This document shows positions 24,285-36,058 of a stretch of DNA of 61,970 nt, in pieces. The stretch comes from Rhizaria sp. SCN 62-66. Its lineage: Eukaryota. Under the pieces are notes generated by a model. That model saw nothing but the letters and a program-made list of their open reading frames with translations, did no database searches and was not told the origin of the DNA. The stretch covers positions 1 through 61,970 of the forward strand of contig MEDY01000151.1 of the NCBI GenBank assembly GCA_001724265.1, in the 5' to 3' direction. The stretch's first letter is position 1, and each line of letters starts with the position of its first letter. Position numbers and translations under genes: made by a program.

Positions 24285-25760
24285 TCACCGGAGCTCGATG
24301 CCAGGGCGCTGCGCGATGGCCTCGCGGACGGCCTCCTGCCACCCGTTGACCTCCTCGTTGAGCAGCGTCCGCTCGAGCGAGCGGTACGTGATGCGGAAGA
24401 GTTTGCTATGGCGACCAGTCTTAGGGTGTTGGAACTGCGACACGAGCTCCACGTTCTCCACGCAGTCGCCTGCCGTCTCGCGCACCACGGCAAAGAAGTC
24501 GTTGTCGTGGAAGCTCTCAGGGTCGTACCAGAACGACACGTCGCGCGGCGAGGCCGGGTACTTAGAGAAAGGCGCGAACGAGGTGATCTCACCGTCCTTG
24601 AACTGGCCGAGGAAGCGCGCGTCCGTCGACCAGAACAGCCGGATGTCGGGCACACCGAAGAGGATCATGGCCAGGCGGTCGAGCCCGAGCCCGAAGGCCC
24701 AGCCCTGCTGGTCGCCGAGTCCGACGCCCGCGAGGATGTCCTTGTGGATGGCGCCACAGCCGAGCACCTCAAGCCACTTGCCGTTGAACTCGACCTCGAG
24801 CTCCAGCGACGGGTGCGTGAAGGGGAAGTACGCCTCAATCCACCGCATCTTGGTCTCGGCGCCGAAGAGGCGGCGCGCGACCGACTCGAGCGTGCGCTTG
24901 AGATCCGCGATCACCGCCTCCTGGGCGGCGGCCGGGTCCGCGGGCAGCGTGGCGGGATCGAACACGCGCACGCCCTCCATCTGGTGGAAGACTGGGTAGT
25001 GCGAGGCGTCGATCTCGTCGCGCCGGTAGCAGTCGCCGGCGACCAGGAACGCGCGCGCGCCCGAGCGCAGCAGCTGGGTCTGGTGCGCCGAGGTGTGGGG
25101 ACGGAGAATCGCGCCCTCGTTGACGTAGAACGTGTCCGTGGGGCTGCGGCTGGGGTGCGATTTGGGGATCAGCAGGTCGTCGAAGTTAGCCTTGGTGGAG
25201 ACGTAGGGCGCAAACGAGTCGTGTGTGGCGAAGACGCCGTTGTTCTCGCCGTTGATGTGCTCGAAGATGACCTTCTTGATGGTGCAGATAGGGTGGGCGG
25301 GCTGGCGGTGCAGGTCGCGGCCGACCTTCTCCAGCATGCTGAAAACAAGATATAATAGGCAATAAACGGATGGTGTACAGTTAGCGCAAGTGCTCTTCGG
25401 GAATCTTGTGGATAAACATGATCTAAATCTGGTATTGATGTAGTAGATGCTTGCAGAGTTGAAGGCTTAAGAAAGCATTACACTTGCTCGTAAGACAGAA
25501 AGTTGACTATTTAAGCGCGAAGAACGTTGTTCAGAGAGATAATTGCAGTGTCATAGCAAATATTAGTGAGTATTAGTATCATAGACGTACCCCTTGGTGA
25601 TGTTGTTGATGGCTGTGGGGGTGAGGTCGGGCACGGTGTGGACGCCGCGGCCGCTGACGAGAGCAACGGGCGAACCAGTCAGGGAAGCGACGCGCGCGGC
25701 ACCAAGACCGCGCGGCATACCCTTGGCAATTTTAGAGATAATACCACCTTGCTTCAACAT
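24285..25760 (-). CDS. FARS2: Phenylalanyl-tRNA synthetase, mitochondrial/organellar monomeric type; exons 25760-25591 and 25338-24285
   Basis: Motifs NFDDLLIPKSHPSRSPTDTFY, LRPHTSAHQ, YRRDEIDASHYPVFHQME, YFPFTHPSLE, GWAFGLGLDRLAM and a C-terminal anticodon-binding domain. Intron 25339-25590 (GTACGT...TTTCAG, phase 2); basic transit-peptide-like N-terminus; TGA stop. Start ATG not certain. Confidence 0.93.
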
Positions 25761-26236
25761 ATCGAAAACGTGAGTCGTCTCCAATCTGAACGACTGAGCA
25801 TAAAGTTCTGCATGTCTCAAGACTCGCTTCTTGCCCGCCCTGCTGCCCGCAGTCCCGCACCACCACCACAGCACCCAGTTCAGGTAGCATTTTTGAGGCA
25901 AAAACCCATCATAACAGGAAGAAGTAGGTGTGGTTTGTTTAAAAATGTTCTGTATTACTCATAAAATAAGATACTAACGAGTCCTCCAGCCTGTCCTGAA
26001 TTGTTTTACGTGTGCATGCCTCTTCCATCTCGAGCGTAACGCAACCACTCACAAGCACATATGGTTTTGTTCTTGATATTAACTTAGCATTGACCCATTT
26101 TTCGTACTTCATTGTTTTTTTGGATTCCGCCCACCTCTTGTACATACAAATGTGTCTATGACAACACAACAACTATTCTTCAACATTATCGTCTGTCGCG
26201 CTCTGACGACAAACAAGTTCGCGCACACTGCTGCGC

Positions 26237-29200
26237 TCACTTGATGTCGAGCGTGACGCGAATGTTCATCGCAGCGAGCTCGTGTGCAAGGTACAGGAAC
26301 GAGAACGGGATCGCAATCATCGTGCACCCGGCGCCCGAGTTACACATGCGGCACGTGACGTTCGTAGTCGCCTGCACAAACTCGGCCGCCGCCGCCTCCT
26401 CGGGGTTCGCGCCGGCCTTGGCGGCGGCCATCGCGGCAGCGGCCGCGGCCGTGGCGGCGGCGTCGGCCTGCGCGGCGGCCTGCTCGTGCGGCACGGCGTG
26501 CGCCGCGAGCAGCGACCCGCAGTCTTGGCACGCGTACGTCGTGTGGTAGTCTGACGAGTTCATCAGACGGTCGTGCAGGAAGTACGACACACCGTGCGCG
26601 ATGAGCGAGTCACGCTCCATTTCACCGAAACGGATACCACCGTGCTTCTTGCGGCCCTTGACGGGCTGGCGGTGCTCCGACGACACGGGACCCGTGGCAC
26701 GCGCCTGGAACTTGTCTTTCACCATGTGGCGCAGACGTTGGTAGTAGACGACGCCGACGAAGATGTCCGCCATCAGCGGCTCGCCCGAGATGCCCGAGTA
26801 CAGCGGCTCAGAGCCGAGGTAGTTGTAGCCCGCGGACCGGAGCTCCTTGCCGAAGTGGTCCACGGCGCGGTGCTGCTCGTCGAACTGGAACGGAGTGCCG
26901 TCCTGGAACTTGCCGTGCAGTGCGCCGGACTTGCCCGCCATAGACTCGATAAGCATGCCGATTGTCATGCGCGACGGGAAGGCGTGCGGGTTGATGATCA
27001 CGTCGGGCGTCAGGCCAGACTCGGTCCACGGCATGTCAACCGAGGGGAACAGAATCGACAACACACCCTTCTGACCGTGACGTGAGGAGAACTTGTCGCC
27101 GATGCACGGGTTACGGTTCATGCGGAGCCAGAGACCGAGCTTCTGCATCTCACCGTCCTGCACGCCCAGCGCGCGGACCTCCTCCACGTACGCAGGCTCC
27201 GTGTCCTTGAACTTCTCGAAACGCGTGACGCCCGTGACTGAGTTGTTCACCGCAGCCAGGGGCTCCGACGGGTGAACGAGCTGGCCCACGCGCGGGAGAC
27301 CGTCGGCGTCGAGCGCGGGGTTCGCGGCCTCGGGGTGGGACGCGCTGCTGCCCGCCTTGAGGTTCGAAAAGCGGTGGCTGATGGGCTCGCCGCGCTGGCG
27401 GTCCTCGGACAGGTCCACAGTCTAGGGGAGAAGAAAAGGAACAAAAGAACAAAGAGACAAAAGATAAAGTTAGTCCCATGGTACAGAGAGAAGATAGAAG
27501 AAGACTGAGTGTTATAAAGGTCATTTTGGTTTGATATTAGTATAATCGTACCTTGTACTTGTAGACGGAGCCGTGTCCGAAGCCACGCTCGTAGGCAGAC
27601 TTGTTGATAATCATAGCATCTTCCATATCATATCCGGTGTAGGAGATGACAGCGACAACGGCATTGCAGCCCATGGGGTACTCGTCGAAGAGGTACTTCT
27701 GGTACGGCCCCTCGTTGCGCACGATCGGCGTCTGCGGGTTCTGGATGCGGAACACCTTGTTGTCGACGCGGTACGGGTACGAGTGGAATGGCGTACCCAT
27801 CGTCTGCTTACCCATCTGGCAGTTGCCGGTAAAGAAGGGCGACAGACCGCACGCCTGCACGGCATCCTCGTCGTCCCACGCAGCGCGGCGGCGCGTGAGG
27901 AAGTTGCCGGACGGCACGGTGATGCAGTACTTGCGGCCCACGTACTGGCTGAGCACGGGCCGCGGCAGCGCGGCGACGCTCTCGGCCTCGCCCGCCGACA
28001 CCGTGATCTCCCAACACGTGGCCGCGGCGGCGGCGCCGAGCGGCCCCGCGGCAGCGCCCTTCTTGTGGCAGACGCCGACCTGCGGCCGGGCGTCGGCCAG
28101 GAGCGCGAGCGCGGCCAGATCGTTGATCAGCGGCAGACTGCTGTTGACGCCACGACGCACCGACGCGTCCGCGCCCTCCGCGGGCTGCGCCTTGTCGGTG
28201 GCCATAAAGCCCTCGATGAGCGCGCGCGCCTGGGCGCGGCTGAGGCGGAGGCGCCACGCGTAGTGGACCCAGCGGCGGAGCGCCTGCCAGTCGCCGCGCT
28301 CCACGCCCTCGGGCGCGGCGCAGTCAACCGCGGCGCCCGACGCCACGGCGCGGTACACGGCAGCGTGGTCGTACGCCTTGACGTCGGCCGCCGACAGGGG
28401 GTCGTAGCCCACAGCGCCGACGGTCATCGGCAGGAAGAAGTCGTACATCGCGCGGTTCGCGACGCGGTACAGGGTCTTGCCCTCGGCGTCCTGGGACACG
28501 CTGTAAGTGAACGTGTCGGCGGCGACGTCGCGCAGGCGGTTCAGCACGCCCTCGATGCCCGCGCACTGTTGGACAGTGGTGTTGTAGCAGTTGCGTCCCT
28601 GCGCGTCGACAGAGTGCTCGACGCCACCGTCGCCCAGTACGAGGCCGATCAGACGGCAGAAGTCGAGGTTAGGCTCCTCGGCGCCGCGCACGGCCTCGGG
28701 CAGCCAGGCGCAGTCACTGAACGTGTACAGCGGGTTTGCGTTGTGGCCCGTGACAGGCAGACGCTCGGCGCTGTGGTCGCCGTGGTCCCACTGCTCGTTG
28801 GCACCGCCGCAGCCGACGAGCTTGCCGTCGAGCGCGTCCTGCACGGTGCGGTAGCGCCACATCGACGGCGCGTTCGCGTTGCTGAGCAGGAAGCGATGCT
28901 CAGGCGTGCACAGCGCGTCAACCTTCGCGGACTTGAGCGCGTACCATTGACCGGCGTGGGGCTCGTCGAGCTTGGCCGTGACCGCCTCCCAGCGGTGCGC
29001 CAGCGTTGTCGTGTCGGCCACCAGCACGCTGTCGCCGACGCGGACGTCGACAATGGAGCACCAGCCGTGGTTCGTCAGCACGTCGTGGTCGCCGCTGAGG
29101 CACTGATACATGTTACGCGGCGACTGGTTGTGGTCAGAGAAGGGCGTCAGTGACGCGATGACCGAGAGCATCGCCGTGGGGTTGATCTCCTGGTGAGTGG

Positions 29201-31262
29201 TGAGACCGAGCGAAAAGTCCGCGGCCGTGACGGCAATCTCCATCGTCAGCTGCTCCATAGCGCCGATGTACTCGACCACGGGGTGCGGCACGGCGGCCGT
29301 GGGCAGGTAGTACACGGGCCGCTGGAAGCGCGCGGCGGCTGTGGAGAGGATCACGGCCGGGAACATCTTGTCCGCGTAGTCAACCACGGTGAAGATCTCG
29401 AGGTGCTTGTCGAAGGCGTCGTGACCGGAAACCTTGAGGAAACGCACGCGCGCGGCGAACGACGCGGCCTCGAGCTGCGGGACGCGGCCGACGAGCACGC
29501 CGTCGAGCATGACGGGCAGGTCAGAGGCCAGCGCGGGCAGGAACGGGTCGCGCATGCCGATGGCGAAGAGCTGCTTCGTCGTCTGGCGCGGGTCGACCTT
29601 GCTAGGGTGCGTGAGGATCTGGCAGGCGGCGGACAAGTGGTTCAGCAGACCGCAGGGCGAGCCGTCGGGCGTGTGCACAGGACAGACGAAGCCCCAGGAC
29701 TCGGGCAGCAGCTTACGGACCGCGGTGGTCTTCATGGTGGTGAAGAACTGACCACGGTGGATCGAGCGGAAGTGCGACAAGTAACGGTAGTAGTTAAGCT
29801 TCTCGGCGTTGATGGTGTAGCCGGAGACCTGCATCATATCCAGACCGGTGCGCGAGACGAGGTTACCGGTGGTGATGAAGTACGCCAGCTTGCGGCCGAT
29901 CTCGGGCACGCGGTCCGACAGCTTGCGCCAGAAGGCCACGTCGCCCAGCGACGCGCGCGCCGATGCCGAGAGCCGCAGCTCGCGCATGAGGTTGGACCGC
30001 AGCGTGGTGAGGAAATCGTGCACACTCTCCTTGAGCAAGAGGTAGTACATGTGGCCCGGCAGAAGTACTTCGTGCGACGACAGCGCGTCGACGTGGTCGG
30101 GTGTGATCTTGCCCTGCACCAGCAGCAGCAGGCGCTGGATCATGAGGATGACGAGGTCGAACTTGGCCTGGTTGATCGCGTCCTCGCTCGCCGTGGGGTC
30201 GAAGTCCTGCACGTGGATGAAGAGGTACTCGCGCAGCAGCTGCAGACCGACCTGAGCGTCGGACAGATCGCGATCGGCGCGGATCATGTTGCGGAAGTGC
30301 GAGCCAAGGTATGCAAGCACCTCGGACTGGGAGCGAAGACCGAGCATCTTGGACTCGCGCAGCATGAGTTCAGTGCGTTCCGACTCGAACGCCAGCGACG
30401 AGTCCGAAAACGTGATCTTCTCGTAGATCTCGCGGTCCGTGGCGCCCGTGAGCCCCTTGAGCACGAGCACGGCGGGCAGGAACAGCTCCTGCTTGCGCGC
30501 GACGAAACGCAGGTTGACGCCACCCGTCTCGAGGTAGTGCGCCGTGACCGTGATCGACGAGTGGTCTTTGCGCACGCAGCGCATCGTGGTGCCGTACTTG
30601 GTGTACTCGGCGCCACGCGTGAGGAACGACGAACGGATCAGCGTCGAGATGTGGTTGCGGCGCGGCATGATGAGCAGACGCACGCAACGCTCGTTGCCGT
30701 TCATGATGAAGTAGCCACCCCACTCGCCGGCCTCTTCCTTGGCGCAGACAAGCTGCGCGCGCGACATGCCCTTGAGGTGGCAGCGGCTGGAGCGCACCAT
30801 GATCGGCAGACGACCCGAGGGACGCGAGAAGTCGACCCAAGGCGCGGACGAGGAGCCGACGCGGTACTCGAGCTGGAGGTTCAGGGGGGCGTCGTAGGTG
30901 ATACCAAGCTGGCGCGCCTCGGTGGGCAGGAGCTGGTGTGAGGCGTTGGAGGAGGACGTCGGCATGTCGACCTTGATCTCCTTGATGCGGAACTCGACCT
31001 GCGGGTGCGCGGCGGCGCCCTCGCCGGCGGCGATGCGCATGGTAGGCATCGTGGCCACGGCGTGGCTCAGACCGCCTCCGGGCTCGAACATCCAGTCAAA
31101 CGAGTCGAGGTGCGGCTTGACGAGGCCATAGAGGGAAGAAGAGTCGGCCGTCTGGACGTTGTGACTGAACTGGCCCGTGCGGCGCTGCTGCTTGAACTTA
31201 AGCAGGGCCTCCTTGTGCTCGGTGATCAGGTCGGCCGCGAAAATCTCGGTAGAGGAAGACAT
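26237..31262 (-). CDS. RPA2: RNA polymerase I second-largest subunit precursor containing an intein; exons 31262-27552 and 27421-26237
   Basis: Pol I-type motifs GGYFIMNGNER, SHFRSIHRGQFF, VRKLLPESWGFVCPVHTPDGSPCGLLNHL, HNQSPRNMYQ/CQMGKQTMG, GYDMEDAMIINK, GDKFSSRHGQKG, YYQRLRHMV, GGIRFGEMERD and a C-terminal Zn ribbon. Intron 27422-27551 (GTACGA...CCCTAG, phase 0); TGA stop. Confidence 0.96.
27822..29102 (-). mobile_element. Intein (427 aa) with LAGLIDADG homing-endonuclease region, in frame within RPA2
   Basis: Splits the conserved NMYQ|CQMGKQ. Block A CLSGDHDVLTNHGW, block B LCTPEHRF (TxxH), block F YCITVPSGNF, block G FFTGN followed by +1 Cys. LAGLIDADG-like LIGLVLGDGG and LIEGFMATD. Confidence 0.95.
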
Positions 31263-33236
31263 TGCGGAGTGCGGGTGTGAAAAAGTGGGCGCGTTACAGC
31301 ACCAACCAAGAGCGAACAAGCGCGAGAAAGTAACGCGAAATGGAAAGGAGCCGAGACGCGGGTGCGTGTCGTGCGCCAAGAGAAGGCTCCGGGAAGGGCA
31401 GGAGCTGTCTCGCTGGGAAAATGTCCACGCTCAAAGGCTTGTGGGCGCTCGGAACGGAGGGTCTAAAGCGTAAAAGATGTGCAAAAGAAAGAATATATGC
31501 TTTGTAAGCGTATCATTGAAAAGAATTGGCCTAACAATGCGTACAAGCGGAGGAGCTTCGTAAACAAGTCAGCTTGAGTGCGTGCGGGCCTCCTCACTCG
31601 GCTGCAGACGGCTCCTGTTATGCCTTTTGTTAGAGGGGAAGAAACCAATGTTAGCGTAACTAAACGCAACACGCTGTTCATCGGTGAACTTTTCTACTAT
31701 TTTTGTTTAGAAACATTGTAAAACGGCATTCCGCACGTGCAATAACGACTTTTCCCGCTCCCGGCGAACCGACTTTTGCGTGGCCCTGTTCCGTCGTCCT
31801 GTGCGGGAGTTTTTCGGAACTGCAAATGCATTTCCTCGCAAACCAATCACTTTTTCATCGATACAACAGTATTTCATTCATATAAATGCGCACTAACATT
31901 TGCTTGGGCATATTTAAGCTGTGATTTATTTTGTAGTTATGTTTTTGCCGCTTATTTAAGTTGTTAGTTACGTGTATCAGTGGCATTCCCATGTGGCTGC
32001 AGCTGAGATTCAGTCTGTTTCATGTTATTCCAGTGCTGCGACAATCTCAAATGAGCCTAAATTCAGTAATAATTACGATATTTGTTTGCCTTTTGCTCTT
32101 TGGTGTGACTTTTGCGGCGCTCATTGGCGATTTTGTTTTTTAAATCCGTCTTAGAAACATGGATCATCTTTGAAGCTGCGTAAGTACGTGTGTTGGCAGC
32201 GCTAAGATCAGTTATGATCAAAACGCTGACTGCACAATGAAACCTCCATGAGGTTAATGATAAAGCACTTAAACATTTTAACAATATCACTTTGATTTGG
32301 TGCTACGGTGGGCCGTAGTTAATCATGACTTGACGTTGGACAGTAGCCTTTTTGTACTTTGTACGGAAGATACGTCGTCATCTTGAGGTGTCTGTTTAAA
32401 AAGATAAATTTATATGTTAAACATAATTTTTTTTCTTGTTGAATTTGCTATTTTTATGCGTATACTACTAAGATACATTGAGAAATCTTCTGTTTTTCAC
32501 ATTTTATTCATTTTCGTTAAAATTGAGGGCAATTTTGTATATTAAATTCAAATTTACAATTTTCAACATGTCTAAGTACAAGTAGTCTGCAAATAGTGGG
32601 ATAATAGCTTTTAAACACAGTAATAAATATTTCTTGAGAATACATTCAATCCAAGTGATATACAAGCATAAGAGTGATTGCATCTCAAAGACCTCAGATG
32701 TGTCACTTGGACTATGAGACTTGCAGATGTCAGCGTGAACAACTTTGATTCACGCTTTAAGCGATATGCTTACCGAGTTGTTATGTAGCATTGCAAATAA
32801 TGCGTGCCTGCATTGTCCACATGCTGTTTTCATGCCAAACTTTGCTTTGTTCAAGTTGAGATAGACAGCGATCACCAACGCATGCATCTAAGTCAAGCCA
32901 TCGCAGTTTGTGCATAAAGAGCGTTTTGCAATGCGATAGGCACGCACATGGCCGTAATAAAAGCAAACAGCTTGATCTACTAGCGGTGCAGTGCGTGTCA
33001 CAGCGTAGGTTGAGACGGCTAGCGCGACAGCGCCGGTTATTGCATCCCAATGCGTGACATCTTCATGACACTGCTGCGAGCATATCTTTGCCAGTTAGTC
33101 ATCATAGATCGCGTCATCCAGGTGTGATTCGATTAAAAGCAAGACGACAAACCACGCTTTTAAGCGAATTACGTTAAAATGTATGTGCTTTCAAATCTAG
33201 AGGCATGTATTGTCTGAAAGAGATTGTTTAAGTGGC

Positions 33237-33552
33237 GTCCAGACGAGACTTGAAGAATCACTGTTCTTAGAAACAACTACATCTTGAATCCAAACGCTAT
33301 AATGACCTGATATTTTCATGTTTAATTTTAAACGATATCACGAGTTGAATCACGTTAAATCGTTGTCATGCTGATACCAGATGAAGAATGGTCAGTCCAG
33401 AAACGACTTGAAGAGTCACCGTTCTAATAAAAGACTACATTGAATCCAGATGTTATCATGATATAACATTTGTCACATATAATTCTATACGATATAATGA
33501 ATTGAACTTATGTTGAATCGGTATCATGCTGATATTTGATGAGATATGTTAT
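33237..33552. repeat. Diverged tandem duplication, two units of ~158 bp, AT-rich intergenic
   Basis: Unit 1 starts 33237 (gtccagacgagacttgaagaatcactgttct...tcatgctgata) and unit 2 starts 33395 (gtccagaaacgacttgaagagtcaccgttct...tcatgctgata); collinear along their length. Confidence 0.8.
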
Positions 33553-33660
33553 GATCGGCGATGGACCGAAAAATGAAAGTATTTTCTCTGCTGCGGCCTC
33601 GTCGTTCGCTCACGATGAGGTCAGAGGACGATTCGGTTTTGTTCCAAGACAGTGTAAACG

Positions 33661-35223
33661 ATGAGTAAGTTTATCACTTTGGCTGTTATCGCTGCGGCTG
33701 CGATTGCTAGGTACGTTCTTTTCTAATTACATTGCCGATGGACGCTTTTATCATACCTTTTTGACGCTTTGAAGAGCAAGCGACGTCTTCGAAGCAACCC
33801 TCCACGCCACTTATTATGAAACGCCTTGTGTTGGTCTACCAAGGCTTAGCTTGGGAGTTTCTCGATGTGTATTCAGTGCAGAGTGCGTTATTACACGTTT
33901 GGTGTTGCAAATAGCGTAATGCATCGCGTTTTCAACGCGTGAGAGCGCTATGGAGTTTGTCTTAAGAACGCCCACTCCCCCCAAACAAACCGCGCCACGC
34001 TTGATTGTGCTGGCTGATAGGACTCTTCATCGATGGGACTAACATTGTATGCTCAGTGCTGCGCTGTTTGCGCGGTTACACTATTTCTAAGCAGCATTGT
34101 CTCAGTAAACAGCTATACTCAATTCGCCAGGTGTCATGATATCTCACACTCCTCTCTTTGCTCTCTCCGACTACTCACACACAGCGCCCTCGAGATGCCC
34201 GTGTACCGCGCGCCCACGGACATCAACTTCTTCGGTGCTACCCCCCAGTACCGTAGCTACCTGGGTGACATCCCGATCTACAACTTCATGAACGCCCAGT
34301 TCTACGCCAAGGTTTCCGCCGGCACCCCTGCCCAGCAGTTCACTGCCATCTACGACACCGGCAGCTCCAACCTGTGGCTCCCTTCGACCACGTGCGCGTC
34401 GTGCGGTCTCCACCCGCGCTACAACCACGACAAGTCGACCTCGTACGTCAAGGACGGCCGTGACTTCCACATCGAGTACGGATCCGGCCCCGTCAGCGGC
34501 TATTTCAGCCAGGACAACGTCGAGATGGGCGGCATTGTTGTCGACAATATGCCTTTCGCCGAGATTGAGGACGTTACCGGCCTTGGCATGGCGTATATGA
34601 TGGGCAAGTTTGACGGTATTCTCGGCCTTGGCTTCCGGAGCATCTCCGTCGAGGGCATTCCTTCCCCCTTTGAGCTCGCCTTCGAGCAGGGCAAGATCAA
34701 GGAGAACCTCTTTGCCTTCCGCCTCCCCAAGACCACCGAGGAGCTCGGCTCCATCTACGTCGGCGAGTACCCCGACAACGTCTACGCCGGCAACCTCACC
34801 TGGGTGCCCCTCAACAGCAAGACCTACTGGCAGACTGAGCTCAACGGCCTCCGTCTCGGCAGCGACACCATCAAGACCGAGTGCATCCGTGCCATCCTCG
34901 ACACCGGCACTTCCCTTCTCGCGGGCCCCACCGCCGACGTCCGCTTCATCGCCAAGGCTGTCGGTGCCACCCCCCTCAACGAGCGCCAGTACCTCATTGA
35001 CTGCAACAAGGAGCTCCCTCCCCTCACCTTCACCCTCGCCGGCCGCTCCTTCACGCTCGATGACTACCGCATCAACGCCGGCCAGGGCGTGTGCATCCTC
35101 GGTATGATGCCCATCGACGTCCCCTCTGGCGCCATCTGGATCCTCGGCGATGTCTTCCTTGCCAAGTACTTCTCCGTCTACGACTACACCAACGCCCGCG
35201 TTGGTATCGCCCCCGCCCTCTAA
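33661..35223 (+). CDS. Cathepsin D-like aspartic protease (family A1) with signal peptide; exons 33661-33710 and 34185-35223
   Basis: Two catalytic motifs (YDTGSSNLW, ILDTGTSL), flap YGSG, FDGILGLGF and WILGDVFL. Exon 1 encodes signal peptide MSKFITLAVIAAAAIA; intron 33711-34184 (GTACGT...ACACAG, phase 2); TAA stop. Confidence 0.93.
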
Positions 35224-35336
35224 GCGAGCCGGCCCTGTTTCAGCCAGTGACGGCTCGCAAAGAATGCGCTCGTGGTGACACCGAAGTGCCCTTACTATCA
35301 AGTCAAGCCTCACTCAACGACTACACCGCCGCTCTT

Positions 35337-35397
35337 TGTGTGCGTGCGTGTGTGCGTGCGTGTGTGTGTATATGTGTGTGTGAGTATCTGTGTGAGT
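35337..35397. repeat. TG/TGCG microsatellite downstream of the protease gene
   Basis: tgtgtgcgtgcgtgtgtgcgtgcgtgtgtgtgtatatgtgtgtgtgag. Confidence 0.7.
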
Positions 35398-35717
35398 GAA
35401 TGAGTCAAGTGAGTGTTGAATCCCCCCGCCTCGCTGTTGGCGGACGATTATGAGTCTTCAGAACGCGGCGCCGCCAAGTGCGTGCCGCCTTGGGCTCGGT
35501 CCGCCTTCCCCGGGGGTGCTTCATCTTCCTGCCGCTGTGCGCTCGATGCGCGCACGAAAAACATATGTTTTCCGTGAATTGCAGTGCGTTCCGAAGAATA
35601 ACTTCGGTGCGTGTACTATTAATGTAGTTTCGGTCTTTAAATACATCGTTATTCTGTCTTATACTTTCTCCCGCTTTGATTCCCTTCATTAATCGATAGT
35701 TACAATTGCAAAGATTC

Positions 35718-35880
35718 ACGTTTTCGGGATACTCGCCGACGTAGATGAAGCCAAGCTCCTCGGTGGTCTTAGGAAGATGAAAAGCAAAGAGGTTCTCCTT
35801 GCTCGAAAGCGAGCTCAAAGGGGGAAGAGATGCCATCGACGGAGATCGAGGAAAATCCTCGACCAAAGATTCCGTCGAAC
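35718..35880 (-). pseudogene. Inverted, frameshifted fragment of the adjacent aspartic protease (matches ~34609-34782)
   Basis: Minus strand reads FDGIFGRGFSSISVDGISSPFELAFEQ, then an 11-nt deletion, then ENLFAFHLPKTTEELGFIYVGEYPENV; the gene reads FDGILGLGFRSISVEGIPSPFELAFEQGKIKENLFAFRLPKTTEELGSIYVGEYPDNV. Confidence 0.9.
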
Positions 35881-36058
35881 GTGTTGCCGGCAACGCAGGC
35901 AACCTCACATTAATATTGTCTTAAACCTTATTGACTTATTGCGCTCAGAGGACGTAGGAGGAAAAAATAAACTATGTATGAGGAGATGATAATATATAAT
36001 CAAGTACGAGTATGTACAACATCAAAGACCAGATTCTACTGGAACAACGGGGACGCGC

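Noticed and set aside
33586-33626. Hairpin (cctcgtcgt...acgatgagg) upstream of the protease ATG as an ncRNA
   Set aside because: Short stem that could arise by chance; no recognisable RNA family features.
34033-34184. ORF-track N-terminus MGLTLYAQCC... for the protease
   Set aside because: It lies inside the inferred intron; exon 33661-33710 supplies a better signal peptide with a GTACGT donor.
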